A DNA stretch of 39,179 bases, from NCBI GenBank assembly GCA_937981455.1, contig CALJNV010000128.1:1-39179 (forward strand), in the 5' to 3' direction. The notes beneath the pieces were generated by a model, which worked only from the letters and a program-made list of their open reading frames with translations, made no database searches and was not told the DNA's origin. The position numbers and the translations under genes were made by a program. This DNA is from an uncultured Bacteroidales bacterium. GTDB taxonomy: Bacteria > Bacteroidota > Bacteroidia > Bacteroidales > TTA-H9. Shown in pieces: positions 28,753 to 35,902 of the stretch. The stretch's first letter is position 1. Each line of letters opens with the position of its first letter.

Positions 28753-29664
28753 ATGTCGCAATATTCCATCAAAGATCTGGAAACCTTCACAGGAATTAAA
28801 GCTCATACCCTACGCATATGGGAGAAACGCTATGGGGTGGTGGAACCAGGTCGTACCCATACAAATATCAGAACTTATGATGATGATGATTTGAAACGAT
28901 TGCTCAATATCTCCATTCTTAACCGACATGGTTACCGTATCTCAGAAATTATGAAGATGAGCGAAAAGGAGATTAGTGAACGGGTATTGCAAATTATGCA
29001 CAAAAGTGTAGATACTCAAAGCCAGCTCGATAATCTTGTGTTGGCAATGATCGACCTCGATGAAGAATACTTTGAAAAAACTCTAACGCAATCCATTATT
29101 AAAATAGGTTTCGAAGATACTGTCAAATATTTAATATACCCTTTTTTCGACCGTATTGGTATACTTTGGCAGGCTGGCAGTATTATTCCTGCCCAAGAAC
29201 ATTTCATTAGCAATCTTATCCGGCAAAAACTCATCGTTGCTATAGATTCCATAATCGCGCCAAGAAAGGAAAATGCACTTTCCTACCTTTTGTTTTTGCC
29301 CGAAGGTGAATGGCACGAAATGGGTTTACTGTTTACTCAATATCTCCTCAAAAAATGGGGACACAAAGTAATCTACCTTGGGCAGCATGTTCCTCTCGAT
29401 AATCTTTCGACCCCTCTCAAGCATACACAGGTAGATTACATTGTTACTCAATTTGTTAATGGTATAACACGAGAAAATTTGCAGGAAAAACTTCAAATGC
29501 TTTCTTCTCTGTATCCAGGCTATTGTTTCTTAGTTTCGGGTCGCCAGGTTATACAGCACAAGCCCAATTTGCCTCCCCATTTTGAGGTGTATGACAGTAT
29601 GGATAGTTTTCGTGCTTTGGTTTTAACACACGAGCGGGTCAGCACGGCGGGCATTAGTGCTTGA
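28753..29664 (+). CDS. CarH/LitR-type MerR-family regulator with B12-binding domain (putative AdoB12 photoreceptor)
   Basis: 303 aa from ATG 28753. N-terminal MerR HTH (YSIKDLETFTGIKAHTLRIWEKRYGVV.P.RT..N.R.Y). W139-x9-E149-H150 (WQAGSIIPAQEH, nt 29167-29202). E186-x-H188-x-x-G191 (EWHEMG, nt 29308-29325), followed by a Rossmann-like segment (KVIYLGQHVPLDNL). Confidence 0.8.
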   Translation: MSQYSIKDLETFTGIKAHTLRIWEKRYGVVEPGRTHTNIRTYDDDDLKRLLNISILNRHGYRISEIMKMSEKEISERVLQIMHKSVDTQSQLDNLVLAMIDLDEEYFEKTLTQSIIKIGFEDTVKYLIYPFFDRIGILWQAGSIIPAQEHFISNLIRQKLIVAIDSIIAPRKENALSYLLFLPEGEWHEMGLLFTQYLLKKWGHKVIYLGQHVPLDNLSTPLKHTQVDYIVTQFVNGITRENLQEKLQMLSSLYPGYCFLVSGRQVIQHKPNLPPHFEVYDSMDSFRALVLTHERVSTAGISA

Positions 29665-29673
29665 AAAATTTAC

Positions 29674-29703
29674 TGTTTAATATTTGTTGTCCTGGGTTAA
29701 ACA
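29674..29703. promoter_or_regulatory. Third copy of the TGTTTAA / TTAAACA dyad (copy C), directly after the CarH-like stop codon
   Basis: TGTTTAA (29674-80) N16 TTAAACA (29697-703). The 10-mer ACTGTTTAAT (29672-81) is the exact reverse complement of ATTAAACAGT (29850-59). Confidence 0.35.
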
Positions 29704-29743
29704 AATTTATTGTTAAAAATTGTTAAACACTCTTTTTTTAAAT

Positions 29744-29775
29744 AGCTGCTAATAAGCAGCTTATTTTTTTATTTT
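29744..29775 (+). terminator. Rho-independent terminator after the CarH-like gene
   Basis: AGCTGCT-aata-AGCAGCT perfect 7-bp stem followed by tattttttta ttttt. Confidence 0.7.
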
Positions 29776-29825
29776 TAGAATTTACTTAAATTTAAACTGA
29801 AAAGACTTGACAGAGGGTGCTTGTT

Positions 29826-29858
29826 TTGTTTAATTTTGCTTATGTTAAAATTAAACAG
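29826..29858. promoter_or_regulatory. Dyad-containing element overlapping the ECF sigma promoter (copy B)
   Basis: TTGTTTAATTTTGCTTATGTTAAAATTAAACAG. Arms TGTTTAAT (29827-34) and ATTAAACA (29850-57) are perfect 8-bp inverted repeats with a 15-nt spacer. The left arm contains the TAATTTTG -7 box. Confidence 0.5.
29831..29838 (+). promoter_or_regulatory. -7 box TAATTTTG (ECF sigma gene)
   Basis: Exact TAnnTTTG with TTGACA at 29807-29812 (21 nt between TTG and TA). 59 nt upstream of ATG 29898 and embedded in the left arm of dyad copy B. Confidence 0.5.
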
Positions 29859-29897
29859 TTTAGAATATTTAAAAATAAAAATAAAATCCCAAACGCC

Positions 29898-30404
29898 ATG
29901 ACAGTCATTGAGTTTAATCATCAGCTACTAAGCATTCGTGAAAGCTTGAAAGCTTTTGCATTTTCTTTGACTAACAATCAGGAAGATGCAGAAGATTTAG
30001 TACAGGATACCTATCTCAAGGCCATGACCTATCGAGAAAAATTTGACCCAGGAACAAATCTTAAAGCCTGGGCCTATACTATCATGAAAAATACTTTTAT
30101 CAACAACTATCGCAGAAACGTCAGACAAAACGCATTTTTTGACCGCAGCGATGATTTATATTATCTCAATTCCAAGTCTAAATATGAAGGCGAAAGCCCT
30201 GAATCTGTTTTAAGAGCTAAGGAAATACAGAAAGGCATTCGACTTTTAAGCGACGAGCACCGTATTCCATTCCTTATGCACACTCGTGGTTACAAATACA
30301 AAGAAATTGCTGAGAAAATGGGCCTATCCATTGGAACTGTGAAAAGTAGAATTTTCTTTAGCAGAAAAAAATTGATGGATGCCTTGAAAGATTACCAAAA
30401 TTGA
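29898..30404 (+). CDS. ECF-type RNA polymerase sigma-70 family factor, no adjacent anti-sigma gene
   Basis: 168 aa from ATG 29898. Region 2 (DAEDLVQDTYLKAM.....F....NLKAWAYTIMKNTFINNYRR) and region 4 HTH (YKEIAEKMGLSIGTVKSRIFFSRKKL). The longer GTG-start ORF 29817 would include its own promoter box. Confidence 0.85.
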   Translation: MTVIEFNHQLLSIRESLKAFAFSLTNNQEDAEDLVQDTYLKAMTYREKFDPGTNLKAWAYTIMKNTFINNYRRNVRQNAFFDRSDDLYYLNSKSKYEGESPESVLRAKEIQKGIRLLSDEHRIPFLMHTRGYKYKEIAEKMGLSIGTVKSRIFFSRKKLMDALKDYQN

Positions 30405-30429
30405 TTGCTTGCTAGGGGTACTTTTTTAG

Positions 30430-30461
30430 AGCTGTTGCGTCAACATGCAACAGCTTTTTTT
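30430..30461 (+). terminator. Rho-independent terminator after the ECF sigma gene
   Basis: AGCTGTTGC (30430-38) / GCAACAGCT (30447-55) perfect 9-bp stem, 8-nt loop, then six T. Confidence 0.85.
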
Positions 30462-30561
30462 ATCAAAATATTTTCACCCGGTTGTTGAATGTATATTTTG
30501 TAGTTTCAAGCCTTTGCGGGCTTAAGGTGAAATTTATCTACAGGAAATAAATTTTTCATGT

Positions 30562-30578
30562 TTATGAATTATTCATAA
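30562..30578. promoter_or_regulatory. Perfect 17-bp palindrome TTATGAAT-T-ATTCATAA upstream of the DUF4397 gene
   Basis: Read directly. It overlaps a 7/8 -7-like box TAATTTCG (30576-83) and lies 85 nt upstream of ATG 30664. Confidence 0.45.
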
Positions 30579-30663
30579 TTTCGAAGAGCATAACCTAAGG
30601 AATAAGGATTACCCCGAAACAGGTCAAGTTTATTGATTGTTAATTAAACAAATACACAAACCA

Positions 30664-33051
30664 ATGAAAAATATGTCATTTTTTCAGCTCTTAATGAGTT
30701 TCTTAATTCTGGTGGTTCCAGCCACCATGCGGAGTCAAGCCTATGTGCAATTTATACACAATTCACCTGATCTTAGTCTCGACTCCATGGATGTCTACAT
30801 CAACAAAACTTTGGTGCTTGATAATTTTAAATTTCGGCAGGCATCAGAGTTTATCCAAGGCCCCACAGGCTTCCCATTGGTGATAGATATTTGTATGGGA
30901 AACGCGCCTAATCCTGACGCACCTGTTTATTCCACCGCCATTGTTTTGGCAAGTGGGAAGAAATATTTAGCCATAGCCTCGGGAACTATTGACGGTAATG
31001 GATACAACCCCTGGCAGCCTTTTTCTTTAGAATTTATTGATTATGCTCGGAATCAGGCTACCAATTCCTCAAAATCAGATATTATTTTTTATCATGGGGC
31101 TACCGATTTACAAACCCTACGAATTGTTGACAACGGTACTAACTCCGTCCTGTCCGATCATCTGGCTTATGCTCAATTCGATGGATATAAAGACTTGAAT
31201 CCTAGTGTGTATACCTTGGAAATTCAAGATTCGGCCACACAGACTAAATTGTTTAAAGTAAGCCTTGATTTAACAGCTCAGCAAGGAAAAGCTGGTGTGG
31301 TTATGGCCTCCGGGTTTTTAAACCCCGGAAACAACAATGGTGGCCAATCTTTGGGTTTTTATTACGTGCCTGCTGCTGGGGGTATGGCCATTCTATTGCC
31401 CTTGGTGCCTGATCCTCAGGCATTTATTCAGATTATTCATAATTCGGCTGACCTAGCCAATGCTCAATTGGATGTATGGGTGGATAATAAAAAGTTTGCA
31501 GCCGACCTTGCCTTTCGCAGTTCGACCTCATTTACCGAATTTGCTGCCGAGGTACCTATCACCATTGCTATTAAGCATTCTGGAAGTACATCGCCCGACA
31601 ATCCTCTGGCCTCTATTACGGCTACATTTGCCAATCAAGAAAATTATCAATTAATTATTCACGGTATAAGCAGTGCTTCTGGTTATAATCCCAAACCTCC
31701 GCTTACCCTAGTCAAAAAAGATAATGCCAGGCAGAGTGCACTTACTTCGGGTCAGACCGATGTGATTATTTTCCATGGCTCCACGGATGCACCTGTTGTT
31801 GATATTTATGAAACCGGACAGGGATTAGGGCTATTGGCTGATAATCTAGCGTATGGGAATTTTCATTCAATGGATTACACCAGCTTATCCACCGTCGATT
31901 ACGTGCTGGAAGTAAAATCGCAGGATGGTGCTACCACATTGTATACCTATTCGCTACCCCTTTCGGCTTTTGGGCTTCAAGATAAAGCAATTACCCTATT
32001 GGCTTCAGGGTTTGTTAACCCAGCTTCTAATAATAATGGTCCTGGGTTTGGATTGTACATTTCTTTGCCCACAGGAGGCCCCTGGCTTGCTTTACCCGTT
32101 TATACTCCTCCCCAAACAGCCTGGGTGCAGGTCATTCATAATTCTGCCGATGTTTCTGCTTCTCCGGTTGATTTTTGGGTGGACGATCAGAAGGTCTTAT
32201 CCAACATCAGCTACCAGCGCGCGTCAGGTTTTTGTGAAGTACCTGCTGGCAATAATATTCACTTGTTTCTTGTACAGGCAGGTGCCTCAGGCACAGGTAG
32301 TCCCCTTGCTACAGCTACTGTAAATCTTGAGGCAGGTAAACGTCATACCGTAATTATTGATGGAGTTGCAACCTCTACAGGCTTCGATCCTTTGGTGCCC
32401 CTGAGCCTCCATTTTATTCCAAATATCCGTCTTGTGGCCAGCAATAGTTCTAAGGTTGATGTTTTGTTTCATCATGGCAGTACCGATGCCCCCCAAATGG
32501 GTATTTATGAGTTTGCCTCAGGATTGATTTATGAACCCTTATCATATGGAAACTCTAGCCCTTATGTAGAAGTTGAGGGGCAAGATCAAGGATGGCACAT
32601 TTTAAGTCAGGGTAATATTCTTAAAAGCTACGCGGTGAAATTTTTAGGAACTTCTTTTATCGGAAAGACGGTTTTTGCTATTGCCTCGGGTTTTTTAAAT
32701 CCATCAAACAATAGCAATGGCCAACCTTTTGGATTGTTTCTTGCTCCCTCGGAGGGTGGTGGTTTTGTAGAGTTGAAAGAGGTTACTGGCGTGGAAGAAC
32801 ATAAAGGTTTATCTGTATCCCTTGGGCCCAATCCTACCCGCGAATCTCTAAATCTAAATTTGGGCGAGGCGCCAAACGATCAGGTAAAAGTGAGTATTGT
32901 TTCACCCGAGGGAAAAATAGTTCGTTCTGAACAATTCTTGCATACATCTTCTATACAATGGGATGTAAGCACTCTTTCTCCGGGGCTTTATCTTATAATC
33001 GTGGAATCTGGTGGTTTCCGCACGGTTAAGAAAATAAGTGTTTTACCTTAA
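30664..33051 (+). CDS. Secreted DUF4397 triple-repeat protein with T9SS C-terminal sorting domain
   Basis: Signal peptide MKNMSFFQLLMSFLILVVPATMRSQA. Three ~230 aa modules each start (V/I)Q(F/I/V)IHNS(P/A)D and contain a second HG(A/S)TDAP half. The C-terminal ~75 aa (LGPNPTRESLNLNL...VSTLSPGLYLIIVESGGFRTVKKISV) match the type A Por secretion tail pattern. Confidence 0.8.
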   Translation: MKNMSFFQLLMSFLILVVPATMRSQAYVQFIHNSPDLSLDSMDVYINKTLVLDNFKFRQASEFIQGPTGFPLVIDICMGNAPNPDAPVYSTAIVLASGKKYLAIASGTIDGNGYNPWQPFSLEFIDYARNQATNSSKSDIIFYHGATDLQTLRIVDNGTNSVLSDHLAYAQFDGYKDLNPSVYTLEIQDSATQTKLFKVSLDLTAQQGKAGVVMASGFLNPGNNNGGQSLGFYYVPAAGGMAILLPLVPDPQAFIQIIHNSADLANAQLDVWVDNKKFAADLAFRSSTSFTEFAAEVPITIAIKHSGSTSPDNPLASITATFANQENYQLIIHGISSASGYNPKPPLTLVKKDNARQSALTSGQTDVIIFHGSTDAPVVDIYETGQGLGLLADNLAYGNFHSMDYTSLSTVDYVLEVKSQDGATTLYTYSLPLSAFGLQDKAITLLASGFVNPASNNNGPGFGLYISLPTGGPWLALPVYTPPQTAWVQVIHNSADVSASPVDFWVDDQKVLSNISYQRASGFCEVPAGNNIHLFLVQAGASGTGSPLATATVNLEAGKRHTVIIDGVATSTGFDPLVPLSLHFIPNIRLVASNSSKVDVLFHHGSTDAPQMGIYEFASGLIYEPLSYGNSSPYVEVEGQDQGWHILSQGNILKSYAVKFLGTSFIGKTVFAIASGFLNPSNNSNGQPFGLFLAPSEGGGFVELKEVTGVEEHKGLSVSLGPNPTRESLNLNLGEAPNDQVKVSIVSPEGKIVRSEQFLHTSSIQWDVSTLSPGLYLIIVESGGFRTVKKISVLP
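30739..32790 (+). repeat. Three tandem protein-level modules inside the DUF4397 gene (30739-31419, 31420-32118, 32119-about 32790)
   Basis: Module starts AYVQFIHNSPDL (aa 26), AFIQIIHNSADL (aa 253) and AWVQVIHNSADV (aa 486), all in frame. They are divergent at the DNA level, so this is an old triplication. Confidence 0.8.
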
Positions 33052-33073
33052 CAGACATGAACCATAATCAAGG

Positions 33074-33104
33074 CCGGCTGTTAGTATATGACAGCCGGTT
33101 TTTT
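33074..33104 (+). terminator. Rho-independent terminator after the DUF4397 gene
   Basis: CCGGCTGT (33074-81) / ACAGCCGG (33091-98) stem, 9-nt loop, then six T ending right at ATG 33105. Confidence 0.8.
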
Positions 33105-33467
33105 ATGCAGGATAAGAGTAAAGTTATTATTTATTATGATGATCGATGCGGGTTTTGTTCTTGGGGCGCAGATTGGCTTCGCAGGGCCGACAGAAGGCAA
33201 AGATTGGAATTTCGCCCTTTAATACCCTTTATTGATGACTTACCAGATAAAGATATTGAAGCAGTTTGGCTTTATAAATCGGGCCAATGGTATAAAGCTT
33301 CATCAGCTGTTATCAAGGGATTGATAGAGGCCGGGTTTCCTTACTCACTTGCAGGTGTGTTCCTTGTGATTCCTACTCGTATGCGCGATGCAGTTTATAA
33401 TTTTATAGCTCAAAATCGCTATCGCTTTCCCTGCTCAAAAGGGGTGTCATGCAATAAAGGCGTTTAG
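33105..33467 (+). CDS. Thiol-disulfide oxidoreductase DCC family (DUF393)
   Basis: IIYYDDRCGFCSWGADWLRRADRRQRLEF matches the DxxCxxC DCC motif. ATG 33105 is chosen because the upstream part of ORF 33057 is the terminator hairpin. Confidence 0.75.
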   Translation: MQDKSKVIIYYDDRCGFCSWGADWLRRADRRQRLEFRPLIPFIDDLPDKDIEAVWLYKSGQWYKASSAVIKGLIEAGFPYSLAGVFLVIPTRMRDAVYNFIAQNRYRFPCSKGVSCNKGV

Positions 33468-33473
33468 ATTATA

Positions 33474-34079
33474 TTAGCTCATTAATCGCTGTGCCTCGGC
33501 GTGCAGCTGACTTAAAACATTTTGAAAATCAGGCCCCTTCCCTTCATTTTCGAGAGCTACCAATTCCGCAGCGAGAGCTGTGGCAGGAGCTTCCTCTGCA
33601 CATTTACCTGCTGCTAGGTGAATCGACTGCAGGGTGTCTTCTACGCATTTCCTGACTAAAGCCCATGTGGTTTCGTGGATGTAGATTTGCTGTGCAAGAT
33701 TGTGTTCAAATTCAGCTCTGATGTTTTGGGTCATTGCATTTTTAAATTGCATGACATTGAAATCGGGTTGAATATTGCGAAGCATGAGACTGGAAAAGGA
33801 GATACGTTCCAAAAGCAAAACCGTTCTTTCGTAGGCCTGAATGCGCAAGGGAAGTGTTACTTGTCTTTGATCGCGTTTGAGATTGAGCAATTGAATTTTT
33901 TCTTCCTTTTCCACAAAAGATTTTACTGTTTTTAGCAAGTCGTCGTTTTTGAGCAAGGGCAGGGTTTCTTTCCACTGTTGAAGAAATTTTTCATTGGAGG
34001 CATGGAAGAAATAAATGGCTACTGCAAGCACCAGAAGCGAAGGAATTGTACTTTGAAGTAGAGTGATAAAGGTGTTCAT
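33474..34079 (-). CDS. Hypothetical membrane-anchored protein, translationally coupled to transketolase
   Basis: 201 aa with one N-terminal TM helix (IPSLLVLAVAIYFF), then a helical soluble part. ATGA overlap with the upstream transketolase C-terminal subunit gene. No family recognised. Confidence 0.55.
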   Translation of the reverse strand: MNTFITLLQSTIPSLLVLAVAIYFFHASNEKFLQQWKETLPLLKNDDLLKTVKSFVEKEEKIQLLNLKRDQRQVTLPLRIQAYERTVLLLERISFSSLMLRNIQPDFNVMQFKNAMTQNIRAEFEHNLAQQIYIHETTWALVRKCVEDTLQSIHLAAGKCAEEAPATALAAELVALENEGKGPDFQNVLSQLHAEAQRLMS

Positions 34080-35047
34080 AGATGGATAGATTTTTTTCTT
34101 TGATAAAGAGATAGAGCTTTCTGGTAAATGTGAGAAGAGGTGAGCCCGTATTTTTCCATCAACTCTTGGGGTTGCCCTGATTCTCCGAAAGAATCCTGAA
34201 TTCCCACAAAATCCATGGGAACCGGATAATTTTTAACCACCACTTCAGCCACAGCACTCCCTAAACCATTGATGATCTGATGTTCTTCTGCGGTAAGAAT
34301 AGCGTGGGTTTCACGGGCTGCCGACAATATAGAGGTTACATCCAGGGGTTTTAGTGTATGCATATTTATTACTCTTGCTTGTATACCTTCTGCGGCGAGC
34401 AATTCAGCGGCCTGCAAGGTTTCCCAAACCATATGGCCGGTGGCCACAAGTGCAAGGTCGTTTCCATTCCTGAGAATCTGAGCTTTTCCAGGCACAAAAG
34501 AAAGGTTTTCGGGTATGAAATTGGGAACAGCTTCACGTCCGAAACGGATATAAACAGGTCCATTTATTTCTCTAACAGCCATAAGGGCGGCTTGCCGAGC
34601 CTGGGTAGCATCGCAGGGGCTCAGCACTGTCATGTTGGGAAGGCTGCGCACCACAGCAAGGTCTTCGAGGGCTTGGTGGGTTGCGCCGTCAGGTCCCACC
34701 GAAATACCGGCATGGGCTCCTCCAATAATCACTTTAAGGTTGTTATAGCAAACAGATATGCGTAGCTGGTCAGCCGCTCTGAAAGCCGCAAATACTGCAT
34801 AGGTAGAAAAAACTGGTATCTTGCCTGCCAATACCATACCTGCAGCTACGGCCATGCCATTCTGTTCAGCAATTCCCAGAGAGAAAAATCTGTCGGGAAA
34901 ACGCTCTTTAAAGAGATCCAGTCCAACAGAAGCCGTTATGTCGGCACCTAAGACAACAAGTCGTGGCTCTAAACCGCCGGCCTCTGCAATACCCTCGCCA
35001 AAACCAGTGCGAGTAGGCTTGTTGCCTCTATTTTTCCATGGATTCAT
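34076..35047 (-). CDS. Transketolase, C-terminal (pyrimidine-binding) subunit
   Basis: 323 aa: FFSLGIAEQNGMAVAAGM, GPDGATHQALEDLAVVRSLPNMTV. Confidence 0.9.
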   Translation of the reverse strand: MNPWKNRGNKPTRTGFGEGIAEAGGLEPRLVVLGADITASVGLDLFKERFPDRFFSLGIAEQNGMAVAAGMVLAGKIPVFSTYAVFAAFRAADQLRISVCYNNLKVIIGGAHAGISVGPDGATHQALEDLAVVRSLPNMTVLSPCDATQARQAALMAVREINGPVYIRFGREAVPNFIPENLSFVPGKAQILRNGNDLALVATGHMVWETLQAAELLAAEGIQARVINMHTLKPLDVTSILSAARETHAILTAEEHQIINGLGSAVAEVVVKNYPVPMDFVGIQDSFGESGQPQELMEKYGLTSSHIYQKALSLYQRKKSIHL

Positions 35048-35870
35048 AATAAACGGCTATTTGTTCTAAAAACCTTTGAGCTTGAATGGTATCTGGCGCC
35101 TTGCCGTGCCATCGGTAGTCCCCCTCAATTTCCTGAACCCCTTTACCCATAAGGGTTTTGGCTATAATTACCACAGGTTTATTTTCCTTCTGGTTTGCTT
35201 GCTCAAAGGCAATTCCTAAACTTTCGAAGTTGTTCCCGCTACATTCTATGACTTTCCAGCCAAAAGATTCCCATTTGGCAGACAGTGGCTCCAGTTGCAT
35301 TACGCTTTCTGTTTTTCCATCAATTTGTACACCATTGCGGTCGACTATTACTACAAGGTTATTCAGTTGATAATGCGAAGCAGCCATAGCGGCCTCCCAT
35401 ACCGATCCTTCTTGTAATTCACCATCTCCAGTTACACAAAATATTCGTCCAGGGTGATGATCTCTTTTTCTGGCAAGTGCCCATCCTACAGCAACCCCTA
35501 TTCCCTGACCCAGCGAGCCCGCCGATAGCTCCACCCCTGGTAAGCCATGGTCACGGCCGGGGTGACCTTGCAGGCGGCTCCCTAGTTTCCGAAGGGTCAA
35601 TAATTCTTCTTTAGGAAAATAACCCGCATGCGCTAATGTCGAGTATAGCACCGGGGCTACATGACCAATAGATAGGACCAAAATATCTCGATCTTCCCAT
35701 TGCGGTTCTTCAGGCTTGTGTTTCATTTCACTGAAATACAGAAATGTGAAAACATCAGCCAGACCTAATGAGCCCCCTAAATGGCCCGACCCTGCCGCTG
35801 CCAGACTCCGAATCACCCATTCACGGATACTTCTGGAAGTTTGAAGCAATTCTCTGTCTTGTGCCCTCAT
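35028..35870 (-). CDS. Transketolase, N-terminal (TPP-binding) subunit
   Basis: AAGSGHLGGSLGLADV, GHVAPVLYS, GSLGQGIGVAVG, VTGDGELQEGSVWEA. ATG 35870 is chosen because the TTG at 35897 lies inside the TAAATTTG box. 20-nt overlap with the downstream subunit gene. Confidence 0.9.
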   Translation of the reverse strand: MRAQDRELLQTSRSIREWVIRSLAAAGSGHLGGSLGLADVFTFLYFSEMKHKPEEPQWEDRDILVLSIGHVAPVLYSTLAHAGYFPKEELLTLRKLGSRLQGHPGRDHGLPGVELSAGSLGQGIGVAVGWALARKRDHHPGRIFCVTGDGELQEGSVWEAAMAASHYQLNNLVVIVDRNGVQIDGKTESVMQLEPLSAKWESFGWKVIECSGNNFESLGIAFEQANQKENKPVVIIAKTLMGKGVQEIEGDYRWHGKAPDTIQAQRFLEQIAVYYESMEK

Positions 35871-35894
35871 GGATTGTGGATTCGTTTTAACTTT

Positions 35895-35902
35895 CAAATT
35901 TA
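35895..35902 (-). promoter_or_regulatory. -7 box TAAATTTG (transketolase operon)
   Basis: Exact TAnnTTTG on the minus strand, 24 nt upstream of ATG 35870. Confidence 0.45.

Noticed and set aside
30405-30663. Search for a small anti-sigma factor gene after the ECF sigma gene
   Set aside because: The only ORF is a 26-codon frame (ATG inside the terminator hairpin at about 30445), which is not credible. The sigma factor is treated as orphan.
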